This document shows, one piece after another, positions 28,895-39,344 of a stretch of DNA of 64,000 bases. Source of the DNA: an uncultured delta proteobacterium (GTDB lineage: Bacteria > Desulfobacterota > Binatia > UBA9968); contig CAVTUQ010000027.1 of NCBI GenBank assembly GCA_963737905.1, forward strand, positions 1-64,000. Direction: 5' to 3'. The notes under the pieces were generated by a model. The model was not told the origin of the DNA, searched no databases, and saw only the letters and a list, made by a program, of their open reading frames with translations. The translations under genes were made by a program, and so were the position numbers. Numbering within the stretch: position 1 is the first letter of the stretch; every line of letters begins with the position of its first letter.

Positions 28895-30265
28895 ATGAAA
28901 GATAGCTCTTCGGGTTTCCTTTTCTCCATCCCTTATGAGATCGCGGTGGTGCGACCTTTGAGACAGACAACTTTGCGAGAACGAGAAAACGCACTCCAAG
29001 CCGCTTATTACAATACCGAGCTTGTCCCCCAAGAAATGATCTACGTGGACTTGAGGACGGACAGTGGCGTAAGTTCGCTCAGCACGGCCCAACTGTCAAA
29101 ACTTACAGGGTTAGGGCCCATGGAATCAGGGATGGAAATGGCGCCGGAGGGGAACAAGGCTTTCGTTTCGCTGTCTGAAAAATTTCAGAAGATCTTCGGT
29201 TTCCCTTACATGGTCCCGGTCGCCCAGGGCCGGGCTGCGGAACGCATCTGGGCAAAATTGCATGTCAAAGAAGGGTCCGTGGTGGCCGGCAACATGCTTT
29301 TCCCTTCGACCCGATTTCACATCGAATCCAACGGCGGAAAAGTAGTCGATGTGATCGAAGGGTCTGCCCACGACCTCTACTCCTCGCAACTTTTCAAGGG
29401 CGACGTCGATCCAAAGAAGCTGGTGGCTGTTTTCAAGGAGCACGGTGCGCAGGTCTGTTGCGTTTACGTCGAGCTCTGCGTGAACTCTTGCGGGGGCCAA
29501 CCCATCTCTTTGGGCAACCTCAAAGAGGTCAAAGGCATCGCCGCCGACCATAAGGTTCCGCTGTTTCTCGACGCTTGCCGTATTCTGGAAAATAGCTATC
29601 TGATCAAACAGCGGGAGCCGGGCTATCAGGATCGTTCCCTCCAGGAGATTGTTAACGAGACCTGTTCTCTGGCCGATGGTTGCACGATGAGTGCGCTCAA
29701 AGATTTTCTGGTGCCGCTGGGCGGCATCATCGCCATGCGCGACGAAGCGAGCTATCAGAAGGCTTCGGTGCAGAATTTTCTCGATGGCAGCCAACCCCCC
29801 AGCGTGGCTATGGAAGCGATGGGAGTCGCCCTGCAGGAAATTTTTGCCAGCGATTCTTACGTGACCAGCCGCGTGGAGCAGGTAAACTACCTCTGGCGGA
29901 GGCTCAAAGACGGCATTCCGATTCTCACTCCTCCCGGCGGCCATGGGGTTTTTATCGATGTTAAGAGGTTTCTGCCCCACGTACCCGCAGAACATCATCC
30001 GGCAGAGGCGCTGGCGGCTTTTATTTATCATATGTCCGGCATACGAGTGACCAAAGGACCGCCGCTGGCTCCAAGCCAAACGGCTCGCGGTGTTGAACTC
30101 CTGCGCCTCGCTGTACCCGCACGGCGATATGTGCAAGGTCATATGGATGACGTGGCGGAGGCAGTCCAATATGCCTATTCACGGCGTGAGGAGATCAAGG
30201 GGTTGAAAAAAATCGAAAAACCAGGCAGATCCAGGTTCGAACCGGCGCTTTTCGCTGCGTTATAA
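28895..30265 (+). CDS. Tryptophanase/tyrosine phenol-lyase-like PLP beta-eliminating lyase
   Basis: DLRTDSG, QGRAAE, DACRILEN, MSALKD and LRLAVPARRY. Confidence 0.85.
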   Translation: MKDSSSGFLFSIPYEIAVVRPLRQTTLRERENALQAAYYNTELVPQEMIYVDLRTDSGVSSLSTAQLSKLTGLGPMESGMEMAPEGNKAFVSLSEKFQKIFGFPYMVPVAQGRAAERIWAKLHVKEGSVVAGNMLFPSTRFHIESNGGKVVDVIEGSAHDLYSSQLFKGDVDPKKLVAVFKEHGAQVCCVYVELCVNSCGGQPISLGNLKEVKGIAADHKVPLFLDACRILENSYLIKQREPGYQDRSLQEIVNETCSLADGCTMSALKDFLVPLGGIIAMRDEASYQKASVQNFLDGSQPPSVAMEAMGVALQEIFASDSYVTSRVEQVNYLWRRLKDGIPILTPPGGHGVFIDVKRFLPHVPAEHHPAEALAAFIYHMSGIRVTKGPPLAPSQTARGVELLRLAVPARRYVQGHMDDVAEAVQYAYSRREEIKGLKKIEKPGRSRFEPALFAAL

Positions 30266-30268
30266 GGG

Positions 30269-32050
30269 ATGGAACCAGCAGAAGATCCTCCGTATACCAA
30301 TGACCGCCATCTCGGGGCGATTTTTTTTCGCCGAGTGGCGGAATTGGGTGATCGACCTTTCGTCAAGTTGCAGCGGGATAAACGCTTCGAGGAAATCTCA
30401 TGGCGCGACTTCGGCGCCATGGTGCAAAACGTGATCCTGGCGCTCTATGGCATTGGCCTAGCGCCGGGCGAGAGGATTGCGATTGTCGGTGAAAACAGTC
30501 TCGAATGGCTGTGCGCCGATCTAGCGACTCTCGCGGGCGGGCTGCCCAATGTCATCGTCTCGCCGGCGCTATCGGACGTGATGCTCCTTAAAATCCTGGG
30601 CCATTCTCGCTGTCGTGCGGCCTTTGTGCAAAACACCACGGGCGTCGGTCGGCTGCTCAATCTCAAAAGCCAGCTTCCCGCGCTTTCTCATGTCGTCGTT
30701 ATGGAGGGGGCTGAGTCAAACCTACCGGACACGCTATCCTTCGCTCACTTGGTCGAACGAGGAGTTCGCGTCGATAGGGGGCGTCTTTTCGAGATTCTCG
30801 AATCGGTGCATGGAAACGATCTGGCGACGATCATGTATACCTCCGGTTCCACAGGCGAGCCGAAGGGGGTCATGAGAACTCAAGACAATCTTCTTTCGAA
30901 CATTTCCAATGGCGGGGCGATCGTGCGTGCTGCGCCGGAGGAGCTTTTCATCATCGTTCTCAGCCTCAATCATCTTTTTGGCCGATTCGGCTTTCTTAAG
31001 AGTGCCGTCACCGGTCGGACGACGGCGATTATCGAGGCGACCGAATTGGAGTTGAACGTCAAACTGCTGGAGTGCCTCGCCGGGACCTCCCTGGCAGTGG
31101 TGCCCCGAGTCATGGAGCGGATTTGGCGGAGCATGCTGGAGGAAGACAGCAATGGCGAGCTTTGGGAGCAGCTAGAAGCGCTCGACCGCAAAAAAACAGC
31201 GCGAGCTCAGCTCGACGGCGATGAGAGGCGGCAGTTCGATGAGTTGAGAGCAACGCTCAAAAATATCGTCCAAAAATCTCTGGGCGGCCGGATCAAGTAT
31301 ATGTCCTATGCCGGTGCCGCCATGCCGCCGAGGATAATGAGATTCTTCGAGCTGATCGGTATTCCGCTCATCGGCTCCTATGGTTCCACCGAATGTGGCG
31401 GCGTCACTCTCAGCGGGATCGGCGAGACGAAGCCCGGCAGTCTGGGGAAACCTTTTCCCAATTGTGAACTGCGCATCGCCGAAGATGGAGAACTTCTCGT
31501 CCGCGGGCCCACCGTCACGCCCGGATACTTTGAAAACCCCGAAGCGACCCGCGAAGCCATCGACCCCGAGGGCTGGTTTCACACCGGTGACCTCGGCACG
31601 ATCGATGCGGATGGCTGTCTTTTCATCACCGGGCGGAAGAAAGATATATTCAATTGCTCCGACGGTTCCAATATTTATCCCGGCTTCATCGAGATTCTCC
31701 TGGAGAACGATCCCTTCGTGCGGCAGGCGATACTGCTGGGCGACCGGCGGCCCTTTATCGCCGCGTTGATCGTGCCGGAGAGAAAGAAAATCGCCGCAGA
31801 GCTGCGCAAAGAGGAATCAGCGCTAACCGAAAATGAGGTTACGATTGCGCTCCAGTCCCGCATCGATCAGATCAACGGGCGCCTGGAGCAGGTTGAAAAG
31901 ATTCGTCAATTCGCAGTGATGGAGAACGACTTTTCAGAGCAGGTAAGGACCATCACTGTCTTTCAGAAAGTCAAAATCGATCGTAAGGCCGCGGAAGAGC
32001 TGTATAAAAAAGAGATTGGCGCAATTTACCGGCCCGGGGTAGAAACATAA
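30269..32050 (+). CDS. Long-chain acyl-CoA ligase (AMP-binding)
   Basis: YTSGSTGEPKG, YGSTE and GWFHTGDLG. Confidence 0.92.
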   Translation: MEPAEDPPYTNDRHLGAIFFRRVAELGDRPFVKLQRDKRFEEISWRDFGAMVQNVILALYGIGLAPGERIAIVGENSLEWLCADLATLAGGLPNVIVSPALSDVMLLKILGHSRCRAAFVQNTTGVGRLLNLKSQLPALSHVVVMEGAESNLPDTLSFAHLVERGVRVDRGRLFEILESVHGNDLATIMYTSGSTGEPKGVMRTQDNLLSNISNGGAIVRAAPEELFIIVLSLNHLFGRFGFLKSAVTGRTTAIIEATELELNVKLLECLAGTSLAVVPRVMERIWRSMLEEDSNGELWEQLEALDRKKTARAQLDGDERRQFDELRATLKNIVQKSLGGRIKYMSYAGAAMPPRIMRFFELIGIPLIGSYGSTECGGVTLSGIGETKPGSLGKPFPNCELRIAEDGELLVRGPTVTPGYFENPEATREAIDPEGWFHTGDLGTIDADGCLFITGRKKDIFNCSDGSNIYPGFIEILLENDPFVRQAILLGDRRPFIAALIVPERKKIAAELRKEESALTENEVTIALQSRIDQINGRLEQVEKIRQFAVMENDFSEQVRTITVFQKVKIDRKAAEELYKKEIGAIYRPGVET

Positions 32051-32055
32051 GCGGT

Positions 32056-32796
32056 ATGGACCAGGTAGCGTTAATCACGGGAGGGGGAGGCGGCATTGGC
32101 GGCGCCGTAGCTCGGAGAATGGCGGCCGCCGGGATCACGGTTGTTGTCGCCGATTATGACCACGACGCTGCCGAAAAAGTTCGCGGAGAGATCGCCTCAG
32201 CCGGTGGGAAGGCGGAGGCGCTTTCGGTAGACGTCACGCAGGCACGCGAGGTCAAAGCGGTGGTGACCGACGTCGAGAAACGATTTGGCCGCATCGATAT
32301 CCTGGCGAATATCGCCGGCGGGAGCTTCTATACCAAGCGCATCGAGGAATTTACGTGGGCGGAATGGAAGGAAGTCATTGACGTGAATTTAAAAGGCACG
32401 TTTCTCATGTGTCGCGAGGCGGCCCCCGTCATGCAGAAGCAAAAGAGCGGGCGCATTCTCAATACCGCGTCGAACTACGGGGTGACAGGATCGGCGCTGC
32501 GCACGCCGTATTCGGCGGCGAAAGCGGGCATCATCGCCTTTACAAAAACGCTCGCGCAGGAGCTTGCCCCGGACGGGATTCTGGTCAACACCGTCGCGCC
32601 CGGTCCGACGGATACGCCGCGAGTGATGGGCAAAGAATCTCCCGAGGCTCGCAAGCAGCGGTGGTCGCATATCCCAATGGGCCGAACGGGACAGCCGGAA
32701 GATCTTGCTGAAGCCTTCTACTTTCTCACGACCCCGGAAAGCAATTGGATCACGGGCCAGACCTTTCATGTGAACGGAGGCCTGGTGACGCCATGA
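32056..32796 (+). CDS. SDR oxidoreductase
   Basis: TGGGGGIG and YSAAK. Confidence 0.93.
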   Translation: MDQVALITGGGGGIGGAVARRMAAAGITVVVADYDHDAAEKVRGEIASAGGKAEALSVDVTQAREVKAVVTDVEKRFGRIDILANIAGGSFYTKRIEEFTWAEWKEVIDVNLKGTFLMCREAAPVMQKQKSGRILNTASNYGVTGSALRTPYSAAKAGIIAFTKTLAQELAPDGILVNTVAPGPTDTPRVMGKESPEARKQRWSHIPMGRTGQPEDLAEAFYFLTTPESNWITGQTFHVNGGLVTP

Positions 32797-33539
32797 GACT
32801 CAAAGGGAAAGTCGCTGTCGTAACGGGTGGCGCGCAGGGAATCGGCCGCGCCATCGCCCTCGGCTTCGGTCGCGAGGGAGCCAAAATTGTGATTGCCGAC
32901 CTCCAGGCGGACAAGGCCAAAAGCGTTGCCGACGAGCTTCATGCATTGGGTACGGAGGGCCATCCCGTGGAGGTGAATGTTGCCAACGAGTCCTCGGTAA
33001 AACGGCTGGCGAGCGCAGCATTCGACCGTTTTGGTAGAGTGGACATTCTTGTCAACGACGCGGGGGTGTATCTCAAATCTCTTGTCGTCGAGATGAGCGA
33101 AGAACTGTGGGACCGCACCCTCAACGTCAACCTGGGAGGCAATTTTCTATGCTCGCGGGCTTTTATCCCGTCCATGCGGAAACAAAAGAGCGGGCGGATC
33201 ATCAGCATCGCCTCGGGCATTGCGCATTACGGAGCAAAAGAATTCGCTCCTTACGCCGCGTCGAAGGCGGCGATTATCGGCTTCGTCAAGGCCCTCGCCC
33301 GCGAAGTGGGCGAGGACGGTATCACCGTGAACGCCATCTGTCCGGGCGCTGCGAATACCGCAATGCCGCGCACTCACCGGACCGAAGAGGAGTTAATGGC
33401 GCGGCTCCGCTCCAACCCGCTGGGTCATGTTCTTGAGCCGGAGGATTTCGTTGGCCCGATTCTGTTTCTCGCCAGCGACGCGGCTTCCTACATCACCGGC
33501 CAGTCGATTAACGTCAACTGCGGCAGCTATATGATTTAA
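32793..33539 (+). CDS. SDR oxidoreductase
   Basis: TGGAQGIG and YAASK; ATGA overlap. Confidence 0.93.
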   Translation: MRLKGKVAVVTGGAQGIGRAIALGFGREGAKIVIADLQADKAKSVADELHALGTEGHPVEVNVANESSVKRLASAAFDRFGRVDILVNDAGVYLKSLVVEMSEELWDRTLNVNLGGNFLCSRAFIPSMRKQKSGRIISIASGIAHYGAKEFAPYAASKAAIIGFVKALAREVGEDGITVNAICPGAANTAMPRTHRTEEELMARLRSNPLGHVLEPEDFVGPILFLASDAASYITGQSINVNCGSYMI

Positions 33540-33589
33540 GAGACGTCGGGCTTTCGTGTGGGTAATTGCGACAACGTTATTCCAGTTCG

Positions 33590-33724
33590 TGGTGAAGAAG
33601 GACTCGGAGTTTGCACCGCGGAGGCGCTGAGGGCACAGAGTAGGAAAAATTCGAATTGTGAAATTCGAATTGCGAAATTTTACTCTGCGAACTCCGCGTC
33701 TCTGCGGTGAATATTTCTTCACGG
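33590..33724. repeat. Long palindromic REP/MITE-like element
   Basis: caccgcggaggcgctgag ... ctctgcgaactccgcgtctctgcggtg; related element at 63180-63243. Confidence 0.7.
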
Positions 33725-33813
33725 CAAACCCGGAAGAACCTGATTTAATAATCAGAGACCGAAAGAACGGAGTTTATCATCGGCAAAGATCGGCGATTCG
33801 AATCGAGGAGGGG

Positions 33814-34380
33814 ATGACGATGAGGGCTAAGAAATCCGCATTCGGTTTTGAGGAATGCGCGGATCTAATCAGCGATCAGAGGTACGGTTATGCGCTGCAA
33901 ACTTTCAAGCAGGCCGTGGGCAGGCTTGTCGAATCAAAAAGCTTCCCCAAGCGAAGCGAAGTCGCCCGGCAGTTACTTGAGGTTGCAACGGCGTTGGAGG
34001 AAAGCCTCAAGAAGGCTTACGGTGATGGATGGGACGCCGATATTCCTAAATTTGTTGAAGAGTCCCAACTATCTTCCTGTTCCTTTTGCGGCAAGGAACA
34101 GCACGAAGTAAAAAAGCTCATCGCCGGTCTTGCTGTTTTCATCTGTGATGAGTGCGTAGAGCTTTGTCGCGGTATCCTCGCTGAGGAGCATGAACGTGAT
34201 GTGAACGGTGTCGCAGGCTCCACGGTATCCAATGGAAACCCCAAAGCGGAGCGTCTCTGCGGCATCTGTATGGAGCCCCGCGAAACCGACGAATTAGTCT
34301 TCTTGCCCCACGCCGCCTACCTCTGCGCGACATGCCTGGACGAAATTCAAACCGTTAGAGATAAGCAAACCGGAAAATAG
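33814..34380 (+). CDS. ClpX-type C4 zinc-finger protein with a second CxxC..CxxC
   Basis: CSFCGK..KKLIAG..FICDECV and CGIC..CATC. Confidence 0.8.
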   Translation: MTMRAKKSAFGFEECADLISDQRYGYALQTFKQAVGRLVESKSFPKRSEVARQLLEVATALEESLKKAYGDGWDADIPKFVEESQLSSCSFCGKEQHEVKKLIAGLAVFICDECVELCRGILAEEHERDVNGVAGSTVSNGNPKAERLCGICMEPRETDELVFLPHAAYLCATCLDEIQTVRDKQTGK

Positions 34381-34456
34381 GTGCGCACCGGATGCCGTGA
34401 CACAAACCTCTGTCTGTGAAGTTTAAATCAGCGCTAATACGAGACCAAAGCCTTCG

Positions 34457-34675
34457 TCAGTCCGCGGGGTATAGCTTCTTCCCCGTACCCTCTTCTTCGA
34501 GGCTGATCGCTTTGGTCGGGCAGATTTTGGCAGCGAGGAGTATTTTTTCATCGCTGTCGCCCTTGGGATCGATCACTTCGGCGATCATTTTTGCGTCCAG
34601 CTTGAACACCTTGGGCGTAGCCTGAATGCACTTGGCGTAACCTTCGCACTTGGTTCGGTCCACGGTGATTTTCAT
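34457..34675 (-). CDS. Single-cluster ferredoxin (probably 3Fe-4S)
   Basis: CEGYAKC ... CPTKAI. Confidence 0.88.
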   Translation of the reverse strand: MKITVDRTKCEGYAKCIQATPKVFKLDAKMIAEVIDPKGDSDEKILLAAKICPTKAISLEEEGTGKKLYPAD

Positions 34676-34706
34676 CTTGCCTCCTGGTATTGAGTTCGAA
34701 ATCCCT

Positions 34707-35883
34707 CTATCGCTCGCTCAAGCCGTAGAGCTTTGCTGTGTTTGCGCGATTGATCTTTAGCTTGATCGCCGGATCGATGCCCGCGCAGTTGCGATCGACC
34801 GTTTCTTTGGAGTAGGGCCATGTGGTGACGCCATGCGGGTAGTCGCTGGCCCAAAGGAAATTTTCCGCGCCGTACACGGGCGTCGTAAGCACGCCGGCGC
34901 GATCGTCTTGATACGTAAAGAAAATATTATTCTTGAAGTATTCACTGGGCGGCAGCTTGTTGATGTTCCGGTCGGCGTCGAAAGTGCTCTGGCGACCAAA
35001 CCAGTAATCGACCTGCTGCACCAGGTTGGCGACCCAACCGATGTCGAACTCCGCGCAGACAACTTTTAGTTTTCGGGTGCCGGTCGAAGACGCCGGATAG
35101 AATAAGATTACCGAGAAACTGCTGGGCGGGCGCCTGCTTGCTGGCGAAGCCAAGGCTTTGCTTCTTGGGCTCTACCGGCCGCGGTCCCTCATAGTGAGTG
35201 CGTGCGACCCCCTGGGTGGCGCTGGTGTGCACGTTTACGACCATCCCGGTTTCCTCTAAAGCCGCCCACATAGGCTCATACTTCGGCTCGTAATAGCCGC
35301 TGTCTTTGATGCGCGTCGGAATCTGCACGCCGCGAAATCCCAGTTTGGCGTAGCGGAAAATATCTGCGACCGTATGGCCAATATCGAGGATTGATATCGT
35401 GGCCAGGCCGATCAGTCTCTTGGGATTGTAGCTGCAGAATTCGTGCAACCACTCATTGTATGAATTGAAAATGGCGCGTTGAAACGGTTCTTCGATGATG
35501 CTGTACAGCTGCCGCGTGGGGCTGGAGAAAAGCACCTCGGCCTCGATGCCGTCGATATCCTGGTCCTTCAGTCGTGCTGCCGGATCCCAACCGCCGGGAT
35601 AATCTTCGTAGCGGAATTGCTCGTTAAATCGAATGGTCTCGAAGTGCTTCTCCTGTTCGACCTCGGAGATACCTTTGTCTTTGCCTACTATTTGGCCCTT
35701 CGAATAGTGGGACAAACCGACGGGTGGGATGCCTTCGATGAGCAGCCAGATACCTCCGGGGACGCCGGTTGGGTCCTTCACGACTTTGGGTGCCCGCTCG
35801 CCGTATTCCTTTTGCACCCGCTCCCATGCCGCGGGAGGCTCGTTGACGTGACTATCTGCGGAGATGAGTTTGAATTCCGGCAT
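34707..35883 (-). pseudogene. Amidohydrolase_2 family protein, frameshift near 35070
   Basis: ISADSHVNEP and WASDYPH lie in two frames joined at FDRHP/KLKVV. Confidence 0.85.
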
Positions 35884-36068
35884 CGGCTTTCCAGTAGTAC
35901 GTTATGCAGTTCGAGTGAGCGTCGGCTCTTCGGCAAACGATATGGGACCCGCGGCGGAGTTGTCAAGTTGCACGTAGGAGAAATGATTGTCCCGCAAAAT
36001 CTTGTTGACATAGGCAACACCGCAGTGGTTATCTCTGGCCAAGCGAAATAGGCACAGAGGAGTCTTAT

Positions 36069-37121
36069 ATGGCGCCGCGATCAACGATGTGGCGAGTGGT
36101 CCGCAGGTTTATCTGCTTATTGCTATGGGTTGTGCTTTGGTTTTGGCCCCCGCTTGCCATCGGGGGTTCTCCGGATCGCGAGCAGGTTTTCGAGGGAGCA
36201 AGAAAAGAAGGAAAATTGGTTTTATACACCGGAATGGATGTGGAAGAGGCGAATCAATATACCAAGGAATTTACCAAGAAGTATCCTTTTATTAAGACCG
36301 AGGTATTTCGTGCCAGTGGCGAGAAAGTGCAAGCCAGGTTCCTGGTCGAACATCGGGCCAACGTCCACAACGCCGATATTTTTCAAGCCAGCATCGTCCA
36401 AGTTTATCAACTGAAAAACGCGGGCTTGCTGGCAAAATATATCTCCGAACAGAGTGCTGCTTACCCGGAGGGCTTCAAAGACCCGCTGGGACACTGGACG
36501 GCTTTTTATCTGATTCCTTACGTGATCGGCTACAACACGAAGCTGGTCTCGCCCAAAGACGCGCCGAACCGTTATGAAGATCTCTTAAATCCCAAGTGGA
36601 AAGGCCAGATCGGCTTGGAGACCGAAGAGTATCAGTGGTTTTATCATCTGGTTCAGATTCTGGGCAAAGAGAAGGGTCTCGACTATATGAGACGGCTCGC
36701 CGGGCAAGACCTGCAAATGCGCAAAGGCCATACGCTTCTCGCACAGCTCGTGGCCGCGGGTGAAACGCCGATCGCGGTGGTCGTTTACTCCAATCGGGTG
36801 GAGCGAATGAAGAGCAGCGGCGCGCCGATTGATTGGGTGAGGTTCAAAGGGCCGACGATTACCGCCATCAACGCGATTTCGATTCCGGAAAAGGCTCCTC
36901 ATCCAAATGCGGCAAAGCTTTTCGTCGATTTTGTCTTGTCGAGGGATGGGCAGAATCTCCTGAGAGGGCTACGGAGAATTCCCGCCCGGCCCGATGTTTT
37001 GCCGGATCCGCCGAGCCTCACGAAGGGACTGAACTTATACGCGGCACGGCCCGAAGGCATGATCGAGAACTACAACGATACTGTGGCGCGCTTCGACGAG
37101 ATCTTCAATAAGACGAAGTGA
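36069..37121 (+). CDS. Fe3+/thiamine-type ABC SBP
   Basis: ARKEGKLVLY, DLLNPKWKG and APHPNAAKLF. Confidence 0.88.
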   Translation: MAPRSTMWRVVRRFICLLLWVVLWFWPPLAIGGSPDREQVFEGARKEGKLVLYTGMDVEEANQYTKEFTKKYPFIKTEVFRASGEKVQARFLVEHRANVHNADIFQASIVQVYQLKNAGLLAKYISEQSAAYPEGFKDPLGHWTAFYLIPYVIGYNTKLVSPKDAPNRYEDLLNPKWKGQIGLETEEYQWFYHLVQILGKEKGLDYMRRLAGQDLQMRKGHTLLAQLVAAGETPIAVVVYSNRVERMKSSGAPIDWVRFKGPTITAINAISIPEKAPHPNAAKLFVDFVLSRDGQNLLRGLRRIPARPDVLPDPPSLTKGLNLYAARPEGMIENYNDTVARFDEIFNKTK

Positions 37122-37171
37122 CTTTGCCTCAGATATCCGGATGAGGATCCGCCAAGAGATTCTTGCCGCCT

Positions 37172-38197
37172 CTACTTGAGAATTTCCTTCAGCTTGACGA
37201 TCAGGTTTGGGTCGAGCTTGAAGATGTTTTTGACGTTTTGCTCCAGCTCCGCGCCATCGTCAGGATTGATATCCAGATTGGCCTTTTTCGCCTCGGCCAA
37301 TAACGCCGGATCTTTCATCGTGTCCGTGAACGCCTTGCGGAGGATCTCGACGCGATCTTTTGGCGTGCCCGGGGGAACAACATAGGGGCGCACCGAGGCG
37401 CCGTGAACCCGGGCTACGGTTTCGATGAGCTTTTTGGCTTCATCGGTCTTCGCAAAGCTGATCGCCAAAGCAACCTTAGCCAATTCGGGGTGGGGTTTGC
37501 TGTCGGTCTGCAGGACGGGGATCAAGTCGCCGCTTTCCAATTCTCTCTTCCAAGTCGACTTGGTCGACTCCCAGGAATTGCTGAGCCCGGCGACCTCACC
37601 GCTGTTGAAAGCCAGGCGGACATCAGCGGTGCCTTTGTAGCCCGAAACCATCTGGATCGGCAGATTAATCGTTGCCTTGAGAATGTTCGGAAAATCGTCC
37701 GTTCCGGAACCCGTTGCCACCCCGCCGAACTTGACGACCTGCTTGGATGCGATCCATTTTCCCGGGTCGGTGATACCGGTGGATTTGGCTACCCCGAGGA
37801 TAAAATGGTCTTGCGCCGGGACGCCGATGTACTCGAATTTGAGAGAGTCGAACTCGATACCTGCCTTGCCCAGAAGCTGCTGCAGGAAGAGGCCACCGAT
37901 AAAGTGGCCGATGGTGAGCCCGTCCGGCTTAGCGACCTTGTAAACGTAATTGGCTGAGATCATACTCCCGGCTCCAGCCATATTGTCGACGACAAAGACG
38001 GGATTGCCGGGAACATGTTTGCCCATATGGCGGCCGATCAGGCGCGTATAAGTGTCGTAACCACCGCCCGCCGAGAAGCCCACGATGAAACGGATTGTCT
38101 TGCCCTCATAAAAATTTGTTTGTGCGAGGACCTGTTGAGCACTGTTGATTAGAAGAAGACCAAGAAGAATCACTATCAATTTAGCTCCACTTTTCAT
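37172..38197 (-). CDS. Tripartite tricarboxylate transporter SBP (TctC/Bug)
   Basis: VGFSAGGGYD, NMAGAG and GYKGTAD. Confidence 0.9.
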   Translation of the reverse strand: MKSGAKLIVILLGLLLINSAQQVLAQTNFYEGKTIRFIVGFSAGGGYDTYTRLIGRHMGKHVPGNPVFVVDNMAGAGSMISANYVYKVAKPDGLTIGHFIGGLFLQQLLGKAGIEFDSLKFEYIGVPAQDHFILGVAKSTGITDPGKWIASKQVVKFGGVATGSGTDDFPNILKATINLPIQMVSGYKGTADVRLAFNSGEVAGLSNSWESTKSTWKRELESGDLIPVLQTDSKPHPELAKVALAISFAKTDEAKKLIETVARVHGASVRPYVVPPGTPKDRVEILRKAFTDTMKDPALLAEAKKANLDINPDDGAELEQNVKNIFKLDPNLIVKLKEILK

Positions 38198-38485
38198 GAT
38201 TTTCCTTTCTGGAGACGCTAGGTTGCCGGGAATATACTTGAAAGTTTAAGTTTCTTGGCCTAGAAGATTCTGCTCGCAAGAAGGACGCACCAAGATTGCG
38301 ATCGATACAATGGACAAGGACCTGTGAAACGTTGTTCATTCCCTCCTTGCGGAGACAATTGCCGGAAAGATCTCATAGGCAATCGCGGCGCTCATGTCAA
38401 GTTAGATCTTCTGCATATAGTTGACACCCAGGCGGAGCCGCAGTAGATATTGAGCCATAATACGGTGAGTTAGAGGAGAAGGATC

Positions 38486-39337
38486 ATGATCAAGCCGATT
38501 GCGTTGTCCGCGACTCACATGGAGTGCCAGAGCTTGAAAGAGAGCGTGCCGGTGCTCACGGATCTCTTGGCTTTGGAGAAGCTCGCGGAGAAACCGGGGG
38601 AGGTGAAACTTAAACACCCCAATACCGACTGGGTGCTGTATGTGCACGAGACGGGCGGCGAAGCGCCGCCCAAGCAGATGCACAATCACTGGGGCGTCCG
38701 GGTGGCGACGACGGGAGAGGTTGATGCGGCTTACGAATATCTCAAAGCTAATAAGGAAAAATACGGGATCAAACAGATTGCCCAGCCCCTATTTAACCAC
38801 GGTTCTTACTCGCTCTATTTCCTCGAGCCGGGAACCAACGGTTGGGAAATCGAGTGTTACGAGTCGGCGCTGCGCAAAGAGTCCATGGCTCGGAAAGCCG
38901 GCGGTGTCTACGCGCCGCATTGGACCACGCCCTATCCGGCGGAGCGATTTCCCGGTCGCGGGTACGTTCCCCAGGCTTTTACCCACGGAACATTGGCATG
39001 CGAGGATATGGAAGCGTCGCGAAAGTTCTACACGGATACCCTCGGGCTGGAAACCCACCAAGCCAATCCAAACGTCTTCTACATCAAGCATCCAAATACG
39101 AAGTGTTACGTGGTTTGCGCAAGACGGCAGGATTTCAAACGGTTCTCACCCAACTTTCGCTTCACGATCACGGTGGGTTCTCAGGATGAAGTAGCGACGG
39201 CGCATGACTGGCTGAAAGCCTCGGTAAAAGAGCGCGGCGTTAGCGAGCTGGCCGACGTGCAAACCAGCGCGTCCGCAACTTCTTTTTTGCTGGCTGATCC
39301 CGACAACAATTGGTGGGAAGTTACCTCGCCGAACTGA
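38486..39337 (+). CDS. Two-domain VOC/glyoxalase family protein
   Basis: HWGVRV, YFLEPGTNGWEI and DPDNNWWEV. Confidence 0.85.
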   Translation: MIKPIALSATHMECQSLKESVPVLTDLLALEKLAEKPGEVKLKHPNTDWVLYVHETGGEAPPKQMHNHWGVRVATTGEVDAAYEYLKANKEKYGIKQIAQPLFNHGSYSLYFLEPGTNGWEIECYESALRKESMARKAGGVYAPHWTTPYPAERFPGRGYVPQAFTHGTLACEDMEASRKFYTDTLGLETHQANPNVFYIKHPNTKCYVVCARRQDFKRFSPNFRFTITVGSQDEVATAHDWLKASVKERGVSELADVQTSASATSFLLADPDNNWWEVTSPN

Positions 39338-39344
39338 AATTTTT

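Noticed and set aside
29126-30169. 347-aa minus-strand ORF, and similar ones at 44305, 50093 and 54172
   Set aside because: They overlap well-supported genes on the opposite strand and have no motifs.
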